The position numbers were made by a program, and so were the translations under genes. Shown here in pieces: positions 37,475 to 47,970 of a DNA stretch of 64,000 nt (the first letter of the stretch is position 1; the number at the start of each line of letters is the position of its first letter). Source of the DNA: Pyrinomonadaceae bacterium (GTDB taxonomy: Bacteria > Acidobacteriota > Blastocatellia > Pyrinomonadales > Pyrinomonadaceae). The stretch spans positions 1,183-65,182 of the forward strand of contig DASSCX010000255.1 of assembly GCA_035697425.1 (NCBI GenBank), given 5' to 3'. The notes below the pieces were generated by a model. That model was given only the letters and a program-made list of their open reading frames with translations, had not been told where the DNA came from and did no database searches.

Positions 37475-38803
37475 CTACGGCAGGGCTTCAATATTCAACA
37501 AGACTTTGAATGTTCCGGTCTGCTGAATACCGAGCAGGAATCGAATATCAATGCTAGCTCCATTCGCAATTGGAGTACCCAGAGTCACGGTTCCTGCGGA
37601 CCAGGATGAGTTGAAAGCACCGCCATTCGGCTGAGATGGGGGTTGTTCGACCGTAGTGCCCTGCACCGTAACGTTGCTTGTACCAGAGCCACAAGGAGGT
37701 CGATCCACCGTTACTACTACTGCCGTGCTTGTTCGGTGGCGCAGATCAGCGATTCCCGAAGGCGCTGGGAATGTTGTGATGTCCACGATGCGAAAACGCA
37801 ACCGGGTGACGTTCCCCCCGGTATTGTTGGTGAACGTGCGCCGAATATCGACCGTTCCAAAAGTGGAATTTTGTGCCGGGACGCTGGTGAAATCACGGAC
37901 GCGATTCGGAGGAGAGGACGAAACTACGCACGGGTCAAGCAGCGAGGCCTTCAACACCGCATTGCGTTGAATTGGACTGGATAGGTTCTCCGGTCCCGGA
38001 GCACCGAGACGCTGGCCCGCCCCCGCCGAGGTGCCGTTGGTATCGACGAACACGAAATCAGCGGCATTGTTGTTGGTATCTACCAGATTCCCACCGGACG
38101 GGCAGGGTCCAAAAGTTGTGATTGAACCCGCCTTACCGCAGTTGTCTCGGTAAAAGGCGTAATCGATGGAAAAAGGCGTCAGTGCCGGGTATCCGGTTCC
38201 TTCCTTATAAAGCGTATTTGCCTCAGAAGTGGAGCCGACCGCGTCGAGCCTGTTTGCCAGGGTGTAACTGGCTCCTCCCGTGTTGTTGTTGAAAAGCGCG
38301 ATTCCTGCGTTATCCGGGATGTTAGTCGTGTAAGTGGCATCGCCAGTCGCAGTCGTGCCGTTGCCAGCCGGATACGAGGCCAACGAATAGCCTACCGAGT
38401 TGACACATAGGTAATGACCGCGGTTAGGAATCACAGTCCCATTCGGAATCGAGCAACGGGTGGTTCCGTCTGAAGCAGCAACACCATAACCACTACCCGA
38501 AAGGGCGTCCACAGTATGGTCAGCGCCACTATTGTTGAAAATCTCGATGAACTCGTCATTCTGCCCATTGGGCCCACGTACGCGAAATTCTGAAATAACC
38601 AGCTGTCCAGCCGTAGCAGTCAAGTTCGGTGTTGGAACTTTACTGGATACAACTATGTCGGGTGATTCATTGCTTGTGACCTTCACTGGAGTCTGACGAC
38701 CGCTTGTTAGTTTTTGCGCCTTAAGAGTCTGCGCTGTGAACAGAAAAGAACTGAGCACGAGTGCAGCGATCAAAGGTAACCTGAATTGCAACGAGGTACG
38801 CAT
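37475..38803 (-). CDS. Secreted lamin-tail-domain (LTD) protein: signal peptide plus the shared C-terminal module only
   Basis: It has a signal peptide and an LTD start (LVISEFRVRGPNGQNDEFIEIFNNSG). It continues with NNNAADFVFV, GAPGPENLSSPIQRN, PPNRVRD, DIRRTFTNNTG and TRLRFRIVDITT, and ends NIEALP. Confidence 0.8.
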   Translation of the reverse strand: MRTSLQFRLPLIAALVLSSFLFTAQTLKAQKLTSGRQTPVKVTSNESPDIVVSSKVPTPNLTATAGQLVISEFRVRGPNGQNDEFIEIFNNSGADHTVDALSGSGYGVAASDGTTRCSIPNGTVIPNRGHYLCVNSVGYSLASYPAGNGTTATGDATYTTNIPDNAGIALFNNNTGGASYTLANRLDAVGSTSEANTLYKEGTGYPALTPFSIDYAFYRDNCGKAGSITTFGPCPSGGNLVDTNNNAADFVFVDTNGTSAGAGQRLGAPGPENLSSPIQRNAVLKASLLDPCVVSSSPPNRVRDFTSVPAQNSTFGTVDIRRTFTNNTGGNVTRLRFRIVDITTFPAPSGIADLRHRTSTAVVVTVDRPPCGSGTSNVTVQGTTVEQPPSQPNGGAFNSSWSAGTVTLGTPIANGASIDIRFLLGIQQTGTFKVLLNIEALP

Positions 38804-39029
38804 TTTTTCTGTCTCTCCTGAGTTTAGTTAAATCGTTACATGAACAGAGCACACCGAGGAACTGTTCAATGTTTAATCAGTTCTCCGGTGAAGGGCTATG
38901 GATGTGTAGTCAGGCGGGTGATACAACGAAGTCATCATACGATCCGAATTTACAGAGCGTCAACGACTTTTTTGGACCACAATGAAGGAATCGTGAACTA
39001 GATCACATCAATAAGGCGCACAAAGAAGG

Positions 39030-39050
39030 GAAAGGCGGGTTTCGCCTTTC
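39030..39050 (-). terminator. Terminator hairpin downstream of the 1350-aa LTD gene
   Basis: GAAAGGCG-GGTTT-CGCCTTTC, with a T-rich tail on the minus strand. Confidence 0.5.
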
Positions 39051-39135
39051 CTTTCAACTTTCACAATAACAATTTCCGTCACTCGAGTGTTGGTATTTGT
39101 CGTTCTTCCTCTCAAAACTCGAAACGGAGAACACT

Positions 39136-42100
39136 CTAAGGTAGCGCTTCTACATTAACGAAGAAGCGGAAGGTGCCTCCCTGCGCTACGCCCAGGAGGA
39201 ATCTAACATTAACCGAGGCGCCCGGCGCGAGGAATCCGCCAGGAATCGCAACGACAACACTCGAATTCGAGCCACCGCCGGCAACTGCATCTGAAGGGCT
39301 CTCAAGCGCAGTCCCTCTTATCGTGATCGTGCCGCCATTTGCAGTCGTATCTCCGGAGGTCAGGATGCGCAAGTCGGCCAGTGGCCCTCCCGGAGTGTTT
39401 GTGGTGGTGATGTCGACAGCCCGGAAACGCAAGCGTGTAATGATCACGCCAGTGTTATTCGTGAACTTGCGACGAATATCCAAAGTGCCAAGCGCCGTAG
39501 CCCCTGTTCCCGGCGTCGTGTCGCGCACACGGTTGGGAGGAACGTTCGACGCTTGGGTCGGATCAATCAGCCCGGCTTTTACTGTTGCATTGCGTTGTAG
39601 CGGACTCGCAAGATTCTCTGGACCAGGTGCACCGCGCACTGAGAGAACGCCGAAAGTGCCTGCCGTCGTTGAGACGAAATCAAAGTCTGCCGCATTGTCT
39701 CCCGTATCTTTGGACACACCCGTCGTGAGCTTGCGAACGAATGCGTACTCCCCATTGCCGGTGATCGGCGCGAGCCGCGTTCCTTCGGTGAAGAGAGGAG
39801 ATTGTGCGCCGTTCTGAGACGTGAAGTTAACAGTGTCGATCCTCGTAGCCGCGGATAGATTCGCGACATTTGCTGTATTGAACAATGCCACACCGGTGTT
39901 GTCAGCAATGTCTGCGGTGTAGGTGGCATCAGGTGTCGCGTTGCCCGCGCCGCCGTAGTTCGTCAGGCTGTAGCCTACCGCAGCGGTGTTGTTGGCAATC
40001 AAGTAATGACCACGCGCCGGTATCATGGTTCCGTTAGGAATCGTAGCGACAATTGATGCCACAGTGCCCGCTGCGTTCAAGGCCGCGACTGACCAGCCCG
40101 CGGAAGCATCGCCGGCATTAACGGTGAACGGCGCGCCGCTTACATTTACGATCTCAATATATTCGTCGAGCGCACCCAGCGCACCGCGAAGTCTAAACTC
40201 GGCAATGGTCAGCGTAGTTGAAGCGAGCGGTGGAGTGCCGGCAACGCTGCAGCAGACGAATTGGGTCCGTGAGAGCTCCAGTGTCACGCAGCCAACCGTG
40301 CCGGTGTCTAGCATTGCGGTGTCCGAGATCCTCACCTTCCACGTTCCGTTGGTCAGCTTGCCATCAAGAGCTGAGAGCATTTGATCTGGCCTGAACGAGC
40401 CGGCGAATGGCGCCGATCCGCTCGCAATGGTGGTCCCTGCCTCGTCATCGAAAATAGTCGGTGTGCTGGAGCAGTCGTTAGCGCCGGTGCCAAAATTGTT
40501 ACCTGAGCCTCCGCGGTTGTCCGAGAGTAAGACCACGGTCCCATCCGGGTGGACCAGGCTGATTTCGAGGTCGCCGTCGAAGGTGTGGTTGAGCCGCACG
40601 CGGACGTTGACATCGTTGACCGCGCCGACATCCGGCACATTAATCGGGACATCAACCGACGCTACGTCGGGAATCGGCACGGCTATGTTGCCTGAACTGT
40701 AGTTTGCCGAAACAGTGCCGCCGGTAGGCGCACCGACCTGCAGGGTGAAAGTGACTGTGCCAAGGCCAGTGGCTCCATCTTGAAGTTGGAAGGTGGCTGT
40801 CACTTGGCTGCCGCACGCGGCACTTGGATCGACTGTGAAGGTGAACGGGCGGGAAACGACTGTAGTATCGTCGGGTGGAATCGCACCATAGTTCTGCGAC
40901 CCGCTCGGGCTGGTGACGCCGCCAGTTGCTTGGAGCGTGGCGACGAGATTCGTGGTCGCGGCAGTACCGCTGTTCTTCAGACCGAAGTCGACGGTGACAG
41001 TTTCTCCGGGGCTGAGGGCGTTGTCGGCCGGGACACAACTCTCCGCTGTGAGCGCAGACCCGGCGGGAGTGATGGCAGGCGCGCCGGTCAGGCAGGTGTT
41101 AAATGTGGTCGTGTTGCCGTTGGTGATGATCTGGTTGGCCGGAGCTGCAGCGAGATAAAGGGGATGCGAAACCAGCACTGAGTAGCTGCCTGGAGACAAT
41201 TTGCTCACGCTCTGGCCGTTCGCCTCGGTCGAGTCGTAAATGTTGCTGTCGACGCTGACTGTAGCACCCTGAACTGGAAGACCAGTGCCGCAGTTTGTGA
41301 CATTGACTTGCAAAGTGCCTTGCGCGGGAGCTGTGCACGTCGCATTGACCTTGAAGCTGCCGATGCGGGTGTGCCACTCGGCGGTATTCATGGGTACGTC
41401 ATCAAGGTAGTACTCCTGCGTATACCAGAAGGTACAATCGTCGACAGGGTCTACGTTCATTGAACTGTAGTCGCCCCACCGGGAGGAAGTATGCGTTTGC
41501 ACGAAGCCACCGACTTGCAGAGTTGCCTCGCCTTGGAAAAGCCCGTTTGGTGGATCACCCGCTAGCCGCCCGGCGTAGCGGATACCCGGGAAGACGGTGG
41601 TGGCGTCTGAGACGCTGTAACCGACAGCGAGGTTACCTTGGTTATCCATGGCCGCCGAAGCCATCCAGCGGTTAACCGCGTCAGGCGCGAAGCTAGCCTG
41701 TTCGTTAACGCTGTAGGCGCCGCCAGAACGGCGCAGCTCGTAATAGCGCACACCCGCTTGGTGTAATGCCAGAGTAGTTCCGGTACCGACGTTAACGGTG
41801 TGATTGGTAATGAGCGACTCATGAGTACCGAAGTTGCGGTATTGCAGCCGGTGCATCAAGCGGTCACCGATGGCGTCGAGGGCTGCGGTGGCATTATTGG
41901 CCGGCGGAGGTTGCTCGATATTGTCGCGGCCTGCCGGCGTGCTGGGGTCGAAGGCGGCCACGGCGATGGGACTCTCGGCGCGCTCGACGAAGGTGGAGTT
42001 TGCCGGAACTGCGAAGTCCGCGTGGAAGTTGAAGAGGCGGAGACCGTCGGAAGCGTCGCCGAATTCAGTTGCGATGAAGTAAGCAAAGACGTTGGGGGCG

Positions 42101-43116
42101 CCCGCAGGCGGCGGTGTCAGCCCATCAGCGTCAGCGGGAAGCATGCCGCCGATAGTGGGATCCAATGTAAAGAGGTCGAAGTATATGAAGCTAGCGGTCG
42201 GATCGCCTGCGAGCATCTTGGCTCGGTCGAAGGCGAACACACCACCGCCGAGAAATGCAGTTGCTGCCTGGTTAAACTGGTTGTCGGTCATGTAATAACC
42301 ATCGGGCCAGACACCAAACTTAGGATAATCATTGAACTTGTTGTTCGGCATCATGAAGTCGTACAGATAATAAGCGCCCGTCGGATCGCCAGTCTGGGAG
42401 ATGGCAATCAGTTGGTGGTTGTTCGGGTTCGCGACTGTGCAGAACTGGCTTAGAAGCCAGCGGTCCGCAAGTGAATCGTAGAGCACGATGGGATCGCCAT
42501 CTTCGCGGGTCGCACACTGGCCTGGAATGGTTGCCCAGATATCGGCGAGCGAACGAATCGGGGCCACCGGCGTGCCCGTTTTGTCCCAAATGCGGAAAGT
42601 ACTGTTAACCATCTGCACGTAGTGATTAGGACCAACATCACCGACGGTATCAGGGGGAAGAACGCCTTGTCCGAGAGCGATCGTATCCAAAATCGATTGA
42701 CCTTCGAAGGAGACTATCGGGCTGGGAATCCTTGGAGAAGGTACGGATGTTTGCAGGGCGGCGTCTTTCGACGCTACGCTCGCATCGTTGGCCTCGCGCC
42801 CGATACTCTTCCTTGGTCTTCCTTTGACTTCAAACGGGGCCTTCGGATCGCGCATTAATCTACTCCGTTCGGGAAGGTCGCGGAGAGCCGGACTAATGGC
42901 GAAGGACACGGCCTTCGCCGAAACAGGAGTCAACGCGGCCTTTCCAGTACTCTTTCTACCGGCTTTATCCTTCTGCGACTTACCAGCCGTGTCATCTCCC
43001 ACGCGTTCAGCGCCGTTTGACCCCGCGCGGCGCTGAGCTGAGCCCACAGGAAGGACAATGAGAACAGCAAAGAGAATCGGTATAAGCACGAGAAGCACGT
43101 TGAACTTCCTTTTCAT
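39136..43116 (-). CDS. Large secreted multidomain protein: unknown N-terminal domain, CarboxypepD_reg-like, proprotein-convertase P-domain-like, LTD plus shared C-terminal module
   Basis: The ATG at 43116 has a GGAGG SD and gives the signal peptide MKRKFNVLLVLIPILFAVLIVLPVGSAQ. The P-domain pattern is DVNVRVRLNHTFDGDLEISLVHPDGTVVLL...WKVRISDTA. The shared-module motifs are IAEFRLRG...DEYIEIVN, GAPGPENLASPLQRN and TRLRFRAVDITT, ending NVEALP. Confidence 0.8.
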   Translation of the reverse strand: MKRKFNVLLVLIPILFAVLIVLPVGSAQRRAGSNGAERVGDDTAGKSQKDKAGRKSTGKAALTPVSAKAVSFAISPALRDLPERSRLMRDPKAPFEVKGRPRKSIGREANDASVASKDAALQTSVPSPRIPSPIVSFEGQSILDTIALGQGVLPPDTVGDVGPNHYVQMVNSTFRIWDKTGTPVAPIRSLADIWATIPGQCATREDGDPIVLYDSLADRWLLSQFCTVANPNNHQLIAISQTGDPTGAYYLYDFMMPNNKFNDYPKFGVWPDGYYMTDNQFNQAATAFLGGGVFAFDRAKMLAGDPTASFIYFDLFTLDPTIGGMLPADADGLTPPPAGAPNVFAYFIATEFGDASDGLRLFNFHADFAVPANSTFVERAESPIAVAAFDPSTPAGRDNIEQPPPANNATAALDAIGDRLMHRLQYRNFGTHESLITNHTVNVGTGTTLALHQAGVRYYELRRSGGAYSVNEQASFAPDAVNRWMASAAMDNQGNLAVGYSVSDATTVFPGIRYAGRLAGDPPNGLFQGEATLQVGGFVQTHTSSRWGDYSSMNVDPVDDCTFWYTQEYYLDDVPMNTAEWHTRIGSFKVNATCTAPAQGTLQVNVTNCGTGLPVQGATVSVDSNIYDSTEANGQSVSKLSPGSYSVLVSHPLYLAAAPANQIITNGNTTTFNTCLTGAPAITPAGSALTAESCVPADNALSPGETVTVDFGLKNSGTAATTNLVATLQATGGVTSPSGSQNYGAIPPDDTTVVSRPFTFTVDPSAACGSQVTATFQLQDGATGLGTVTFTLQVGAPTGGTVSANYSSGNIAVPIPDVASVDVPINVPDVGAVNDVNVRVRLNHTFDGDLEISLVHPDGTVVLLSDNRGGSGNNFGTGANDCSSTPTIFDDEAGTTIASGSAPFAGSFRPDQMLSALDGKLTNGTWKVRISDTAMLDTGTVGCVTLELSRTQFVCCSVAGTPPLASTTLTIAEFRLRGALGALDEYIEIVNVSGAPFTVNAGDASAGWSVAALNAAGTVASIVATIPNGTMIPARGHYLIANNTAAVGYSLTNYGGAGNATPDATYTADIADNTGVALFNTANVANLSAATRIDTVNFTSQNGAQSPLFTEGTRLAPITGNGEYAFVRKLTTGVSKDTGDNAADFDFVSTTAGTFGVLSVRGAPGPENLASPLQRNATVKAGLIDPTQASNVPPNRVRDTTPGTGATALGTLDIRRKFTNNTGVIITRLRFRAVDITTTNTPGGPLADLRILTSGDTTANGGTITIRGTALESPSDAVAGGGSNSSVVVAIPGGFLAPGASVNVRFLLGVAQGGTFRFFVNVEALP

Positions 43117-43508
43117 ATTCCCTCCAGGGAAGCTTCCGAGAGCAAGCAGGCATTCACTGCTAGTTACTAGTAAGTAAGGGCGCAACACTCTGAGTGTTCA
43201 TCGTTTAGAATTCAGAGAAGCAGGAGCGATGATGAGCCAGCGGCCCCAGATAGACTAGATTATTCAAGTCCACCTGGACTGACATGGTGGTGTTGACTTC
43301 GAGAGCGTAGGGTTCACCCACGTGAGCATTCCTTGTAGCTGATCGGAAGATCCAATTACGATCTAACTGCTACTAATCAGGGCGAAACTGAGCGCATGAA
43401 GCAAAACATTTTGGCGCGAAAGGCCTGTTCAAGTCGAACGGCGAGAGAATAAACGCTCGCATGGAAGCTGTCAATTGACACATAAGTCTTCTATCGCGAA
43501 GACTACTC

Positions 43509-44036
43509 ATGGTGGAAAAGCAGTCTTGCATAGAAAGGCGGGTCAATGATGTGACTTTAATACCATGTATCTTTGCAGTTTTTTTGACAATCGTCTTTAC
43601 CCTTCCCACAAACTCATGCGAGAAAGAAAGAGTGAAGGACAACAGTAAGAGTGGAAAGTCGCAAGGTCAGACCTTACCGGTCGTGACAAATTCGTCAGTT
43701 GCTGATCAACGAGTTCCCGAAGGCAAGTGGGGCGGACAACACGTGCGCCTCGAAGTCTTGGCTGATGGAGCTGATTTTGAGTTTGATTGCGCACATGGAC
43801 GATTGCAGGGACCGTTGCTGTTGCAGAACGGACGCTTTTCTGCAACGGGAACTTACGTGCGTGAAGGAGGTCCCGTGCGCCTGGACGAAGGGGAGCAAGG
43901 ACAGCGCGTTTTCTTCAAAGGCGAAGTCGAAGGTTCACGGATGATACTTAGCTTCTCGTTTTCAGAAGACGGCAGCGAGGCTGAGACTTTTACGCTGACT
44001 CATGGAAGGGAACCAAGGCTGTTCAAGTGCAAGTAA
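43509..44036 (+). CDS. Hypothetical lipoprotein/secreted protein
   Basis: It has a hydrophobic N-terminus ending LPTNSC (a weak lipobox). The start is uncertain; a GTG at about 43548 is possible. Confidence 0.4.
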   Translation: MVEKQSCIERRVNDVTLIPCIFAVFLTIVFTLPTNSCEKERVKDNSKSGKSQGQTLPVVTNSSVADQRVPEGKWGGQHVRLEVLADGADFEFDCAHGRLQGPLLLQNGRFSATGTYVREGGPVRLDEGEQGQRVFFKGEVEGSRMILSFSFSEDGSEAETFTLTHGREPRLFKCK

Positions 44037-44210
44037 TCGTTGACAGTGATTAGTGGCAGTTTCGTGGCTCCCGCCGTCTCCGCCTGCCACCTGCCGCTCA
44101 ATTAACAGCGGGCAGCTAACGTGTATTAGCTGCCGTTGTTTCAATTGCCGCCAGTTAGTTGAACAAAATTACGGAAGCGCCTCTACATTTAGCAGGAAGC
44201 GACTTTCCTA

Positions 44211-45998
44211 CTATTGGAGAACATAGATGAGGTAGTTGGTGGTGCCCAGGCGTTGCCACCCTTCTTCGCTAGCCCAACTGGGCGCATTCTCGGCAACGAT
44301 AACGCGCGCGTTAGTACTGGCGATGGCGGCGAGCGCCTGAGCTCGGATTTGTTCGTCAACAGCCCAAAATTTTTTCGCCTCGTCTCCTGGTGTTTCTGGT
44401 ACCTCTGCTACCACGCGCACGCGTGCCAACCTGGGCCACGCCGCGAACATCGTGTTACCCACCGACGCAACTCGATCACCTGTCTGCAAGCCATGCTGTC
44501 TTAGTCCCTGAGCGACCTGCCACTGAACATCACGCGCCGCTGAATTCCCAGAGGAAAGGTCGCGCCCTGCGGAATATGCCGAGCGCGCAGTTTCAGGGAT
44601 GACTGAGACTACAAAAACGAGCACTAGTCCCAGGCACACCCCAGAAACTAAGCGCCGAGTTTCGTCCGATGCTGCAAGTTGAAATGCCGCCACGCAACTC
44701 AAAGCTATGACGGCTACAAACGGGGCGAGATAACGCGGCTCAATGTTTATCGCGAGGTAAATCGCCAGAGCGGTCAGCGCCGGCACGATTAGAAACCAAT
44801 AGGCACTCAGGTTCTGCATTACGATTCGACGCCGGCCACTTTGGTAGAGCAAAACAAAAAGCGCGAAGGTCAACGCGCCAAGGAAAAACCGATAAAAAAG
44901 AAAATGGTAAAGCCGGGTGAGGTTACGCGCGATGGCCGTCAACTGTTGGCGCAAATTAAAGTGGGGAGTAACGCCCTCGTACCAATAAGAAGCGTCGTAC
45001 CAGGGCGGATAGCTGATGCCGGGCGGCGCGCTAAATTCGTAGACGGCGGGAGCGGCGAAGATTTTCCTGGTGGGATGCACCGGCGTGCCGCTGTCGGGTG
45101 GTTCACCCTGCCAATGTGTGAACCGAGTCGTTCCGTTGACGTACCAGGCGTAGTTCAAGCGCGCACTATCGCCTATTGTAAATCGATGTCTGGCGCGTGA
45201 TAGAACTACAAGGAATGGAGTAGCCAACGTCAGAAACACTAGCAACGAGATTGCGGTGCGCAACAAGGCTGGCTTGAATTCCATCGTGTGTCGCGCGAGC
45301 AAATAAGCGACAAAAATAAAAACAAAAGCTAACGGGAACATTATCGTCTTCGTCAGATAACCGACGCCCAGCACGATTCCGAGGGCGGCGAACAATTGCC
45401 AGCGAGAGGCTGCGGCACGTATTCGCAACAGGAGTCCGCTAGCGAGGAAGATCAATGCCGCTACAAGTAGATCTGGACTAGTGCGCGAGACACGATTCAT
45501 AAACAGCGACGTCCAGATGAAGATGGTGTAGCCGAAAACCAACCAGCTCCACTCTGGGAGTGCGATGCCGGTAACTCTGAGTTGCCGATCGCGTCGTAGC
45601 ACGCGCAGAAAGTAAGCGAAAGATAACAAGGCGACAGCGTAAATTAGAAAGTTCAGCAGCCGCACGAAGGTGAATTCCCAGAATGACGACGGCTTGAACA
45701 GACGTAGCCAGAGACCAGTCAGCCAGGAATAGCAGGGGCTCCACATCGCGTTTACTGCGATGTACCAGTCTCCGCGCATATAGGCGTCGCCGATGTCGAG
45801 ATAAGAGATGCCATCGGGGCTCATGTAAGCAAGACCATCGGCACTTTCGTGACGGCGGCCCCACGCCTGAAGGAAACCTAGCAGCAGTGCTGTTAGCCAA
45901 CAAAACAATTCATAAAGACTTGGATTGGATCTGCGAGCGGATTCAGGACTAGAAGATGCTGGGACTGTTTTGAGTTGATCGGGAGAAGAATCAAGCAC
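44211..45998 (-). CDS. GT-C-fold-like polytopic membrane glycosyltransferase (ArnT/PMT GT39/GT83-like)
   Basis: It is 595 aa with at least 12 TM and a C-terminal soluble part. The overall architecture is PMT_2/ArnT-like. Confidence 0.5.
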   Translation of the reverse strand: MLDSSPDQLKTVPASSSPESARRSNPSLYELFCWLTALLLGFLQAWGRRHESADGLAYMSPDGISYLDIGDAYMRGDWYIAVNAMWSPCYSWLTGLWLRLFKPSSFWEFTFVRLLNFLIYAVALLSFAYFLRVLRRDRQLRVTGIALPEWSWLVFGYTIFIWTSLFMNRVSRTSPDLLVAALIFLASGLLLRIRAAASRWQLFAALGIVLGVGYLTKTIMFPLAFVFIFVAYLLARHTMEFKPALLRTAISLLVFLTLATPFLVVLSRARHRFTIGDSARLNYAWYVNGTTRFTHWQGEPPDSGTPVHPTRKIFAAPAVYEFSAPPGISYPPWYDASYWYEGVTPHFNLRQQLTAIARNLTRLYHFLFYRFFLGALTFALFVLLYQSGRRRIVMQNLSAYWFLIVPALTALAIYLAINIEPRYLAPFVAVIALSCVAAFQLAASDETRRLVSGVCLGLVLVFVVSVIPETARSAYSAGRDLSSGNSAARDVQWQVAQGLRQHGLQTGDRVASVGNTMFAAWPRLARVRVVAEVPETPGDEAKKFWAVDEQIRAQALAAIASTNARVIVAENAPSWASEEGWQRLGTTNYLIYVLQ

Positions 45999-46038
45999 GC
46001 GCGCATCTTCACCTGCGTAAAAAAGCTTGTCAACGAGA

Positions 46039-46142
46039 AGAAGCGAAGGGGGAAAGGGGAACAGGGGAAAAGCCTACCCGTTTCTCGCCGCCCCTTTCCC
46101 CCGTTCCCCCGTTCCCCCGTTCCCCCTTTTCCCGTTCCCCTC
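46039..46142. repeat. G-tract / C-tract hairpin in the divergent promoter region
   Basis: GAAGCGAAGGGGGAAAGGGGAACAGGGGAAAAG faces CCCCTTTCCCCCGTTCCCCCGTTCCCCCGTTCCCCCTTTTCCCGTTCCCC. The minus strand carries at least seven G3-5 runs with 3-4-nt loops. Confidence 0.8.
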
Positions 46143-46158
46143 TTATACTCGCCGCTTA

Positions 46159-47970
46159 ATGCAAGGCGACAAAAAGATCCGCTGGCGTTGGGGCATGATT
46201 GCAGCCGTGGCAATCACACTGCTTTCACTCTTTCCACAATTCTACTTATGGGGCCAGCGAGGGCGGCAGTGGAATGGCTCCCAGGCATTTTTTTATACCG
46301 ATGAACCAGCATATGCGGCCTACGTCAACGCGTTGATCGCTGGACGGCCGCGACGCAATGATCCCTACACTGGACGAGACGATACGGCGAAAGCCCCTCT
46401 GCCGGAATCGCTTTTTTCGATTCAGTTCATTCCCGCTTATTTCATAGCACTACCGGCAAGAGTGCTGGGCCTATCAACCGCGACCGCATTCATTCTTGTA
46501 ACGCCCATTGTGGCTTTCACCACAGCGCTAACTTTGTTCTGGTTACTGGCTTTGATCACTGACGACGCTCGTGCTGCCGCCGCGTTTGTGCCACTTGTCC
46601 TTTGTGTCGGATTGCTCGTCGCCGGTAATGGAGTGGTGCGGCCGTTTTTCGGTCAGCAAGCAACTCTTGTCTATCTGCCTTTCCTGCGACGTTATAGTCC
46701 CGCAGTCGCCTTTCCGTGTTTCCTGATTTTTTTTGCGTTTGTTTGGCGAATATTGACGACCACTTCGCGTCAGCGGCGGCTGCTTGACGTACTCGGTGCG
46801 GCTGCGGCTTTTACGGTTTGTCTTTACGGTTACTTCTATCTTTGGACGGCCGCCTTGGCGTGGCTCGCGCTCGTTGCGAGTTTATGGTTCGCGGCACGAC
46901 CTGATGAGTGGCGCGCTGGCTTGCGAAGCATCGCGTTACTATCGGCCTTCATCTCGGGCGCATCCGTTCCTTACTTAATCCTCGTCTTCCGGCGGGCCCC
47001 GACCATGGATGTAGCGCAGGCACTAGTTCGCACGCACACGCCTGATATCTGGCGTTCAATCGAAGGGTTGGCGCTAATCATTGTTACAGTCGCTCTTGTC
47101 GCCATTCTTGCTCACCGCATCTCACGGCGAGATCCACGAATCCTGTTCACGTTAGCTTTCGCATTACTGCCGTTCGTGCTGTTCAACCAACAAATCATCA
47201 CGGGGCGCTCATTGCAGCCAATGCATTACGAGCAATTTGTCGTGACCTACACAACACTGATCGCATTGGCCCTGGTAGTCGTCTGGTTGCGACGCGGGAG
47301 AGTTGAGCAGGGACCGGTCGGCGGGCTTTTGCTGCTGACAATTAGTTTGTTTGGCTATGGTTGGGGAATGGGCGAAACATGGATCGCCACTCGCAGGTTT
47401 GCCTATGTCAATTCTTTGCGCGACGAGGCGCGCCCTGTCGGTCTGCGATTACGCGAGCTGGCGAAACCACCAGTCATCGATCAACAGAATCCACTTGAAG
47501 TTGTGTTTGCGCCCAACCTGGGCCGGAGCGACAACCTGCCGACCACCGCGCCGCAAGCAGTGCTTTGGGCACCACACATGTTTGTTTTCTCCGGTGTTTC
47601 CGGAACAGAAAATAAGGAACGATTTTTTCAGTTTCTTTACTTTTCGGGAGTACGCGTCGAAGAGTTTTCTCATTATGAAAACGGGTTTGTGAAGTACGCC
47701 ATTTTTGGTTGGGAACGAGCCAACGAGAAGCTAACAGCCACCTTTAGACCGATCACTGCCGAAGAAATCGCTAATGAAGCGAAGAACTATGCCGACTACA
47801 TTGCGAACTTTGACTCAACGCGCGCCACGCGACCAACTCTCACGTATCTTTTGCTTGACGCAAACCAGCCTATAAATTTGAGCAACCTCGAGCGTTGGTA
47901 CACGCGCGACAACGGCGAGCGAATTGGTAGATATCTACTTTATCGATTAACACCGCGTACTGCAACATGA
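46159..47970 (+). CDS. Polytopic membrane protein, GT-C-like, paralog 1
   Basis: The ATG at 46159 is chosen because the longer ORF from 46027 only translates the C-tract repeat. There are at least 11 TM. The first-loop motif is FYTDEPAYAAYVNALIAGRPRRNDPYTGRD. Its stop overlaps the next start (ATGA). Confidence 0.65.
   Translation: MQGDKKIRWRWGMIAAVAITLLSLFPQFYLWGQRGRQWNGSQAFFYTDEPAYAAYVNALIAGRPRRNDPYTGRDDTAKAPLPESLFSIQFIPAYFIALPARVLGLSTATAFILVTPIVAFTTALTLFWLLALITDDARAAAAFVPLVLCVGLLVAGNGVVRPFFGQQATLVYLPFLRRYSPAVAFPCFLIFFAFVWRILTTTSRQRRLLDVLGAAAAFTVCLYGYFYLWTAALAWLALVASLWFAARPDEWRAGLRSIALLSAFISGASVPYLILVFRRAPTMDVAQALVRTHTPDIWRSIEGLALIIVTVALVAILAHRISRRDPRILFTLAFALLPFVLFNQQIITGRSLQPMHYEQFVVTYTTLIALALVVVWLRRGRVEQGPVGGLLLLTISLFGYGWGMGETWIATRRFAYVNSLRDEARPVGLRLRELAKPPVIDQQNPLEVVFAPNLGRSDNLPTTAPQAVLWAPHMFVFSGVSGTENKERFFQFLYFSGVRVEEFSHYENGFVKYAIFGWERANEKLTATFRPITAEEIANEAKNYADYIANFDSTRATRPTLTYLLLDANQPINLSNLERWYTRDNGERIGRYLLYRLTPRTAT

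Noticed and set aside
46027-46158. Long N-terminal extension of the GT-C paralog (MSTRRSEGGKGNRGKAYPFLAAPFPRSPVPPFPLFPFP...), together with minus-strand ORF 45893..46213 and plus-strand ORF 45975..46304.
   Set aside because: These only translate the G-tract/C-tract repeat. The paralog alignment and the first TM helix begin at the ATG at 46159.
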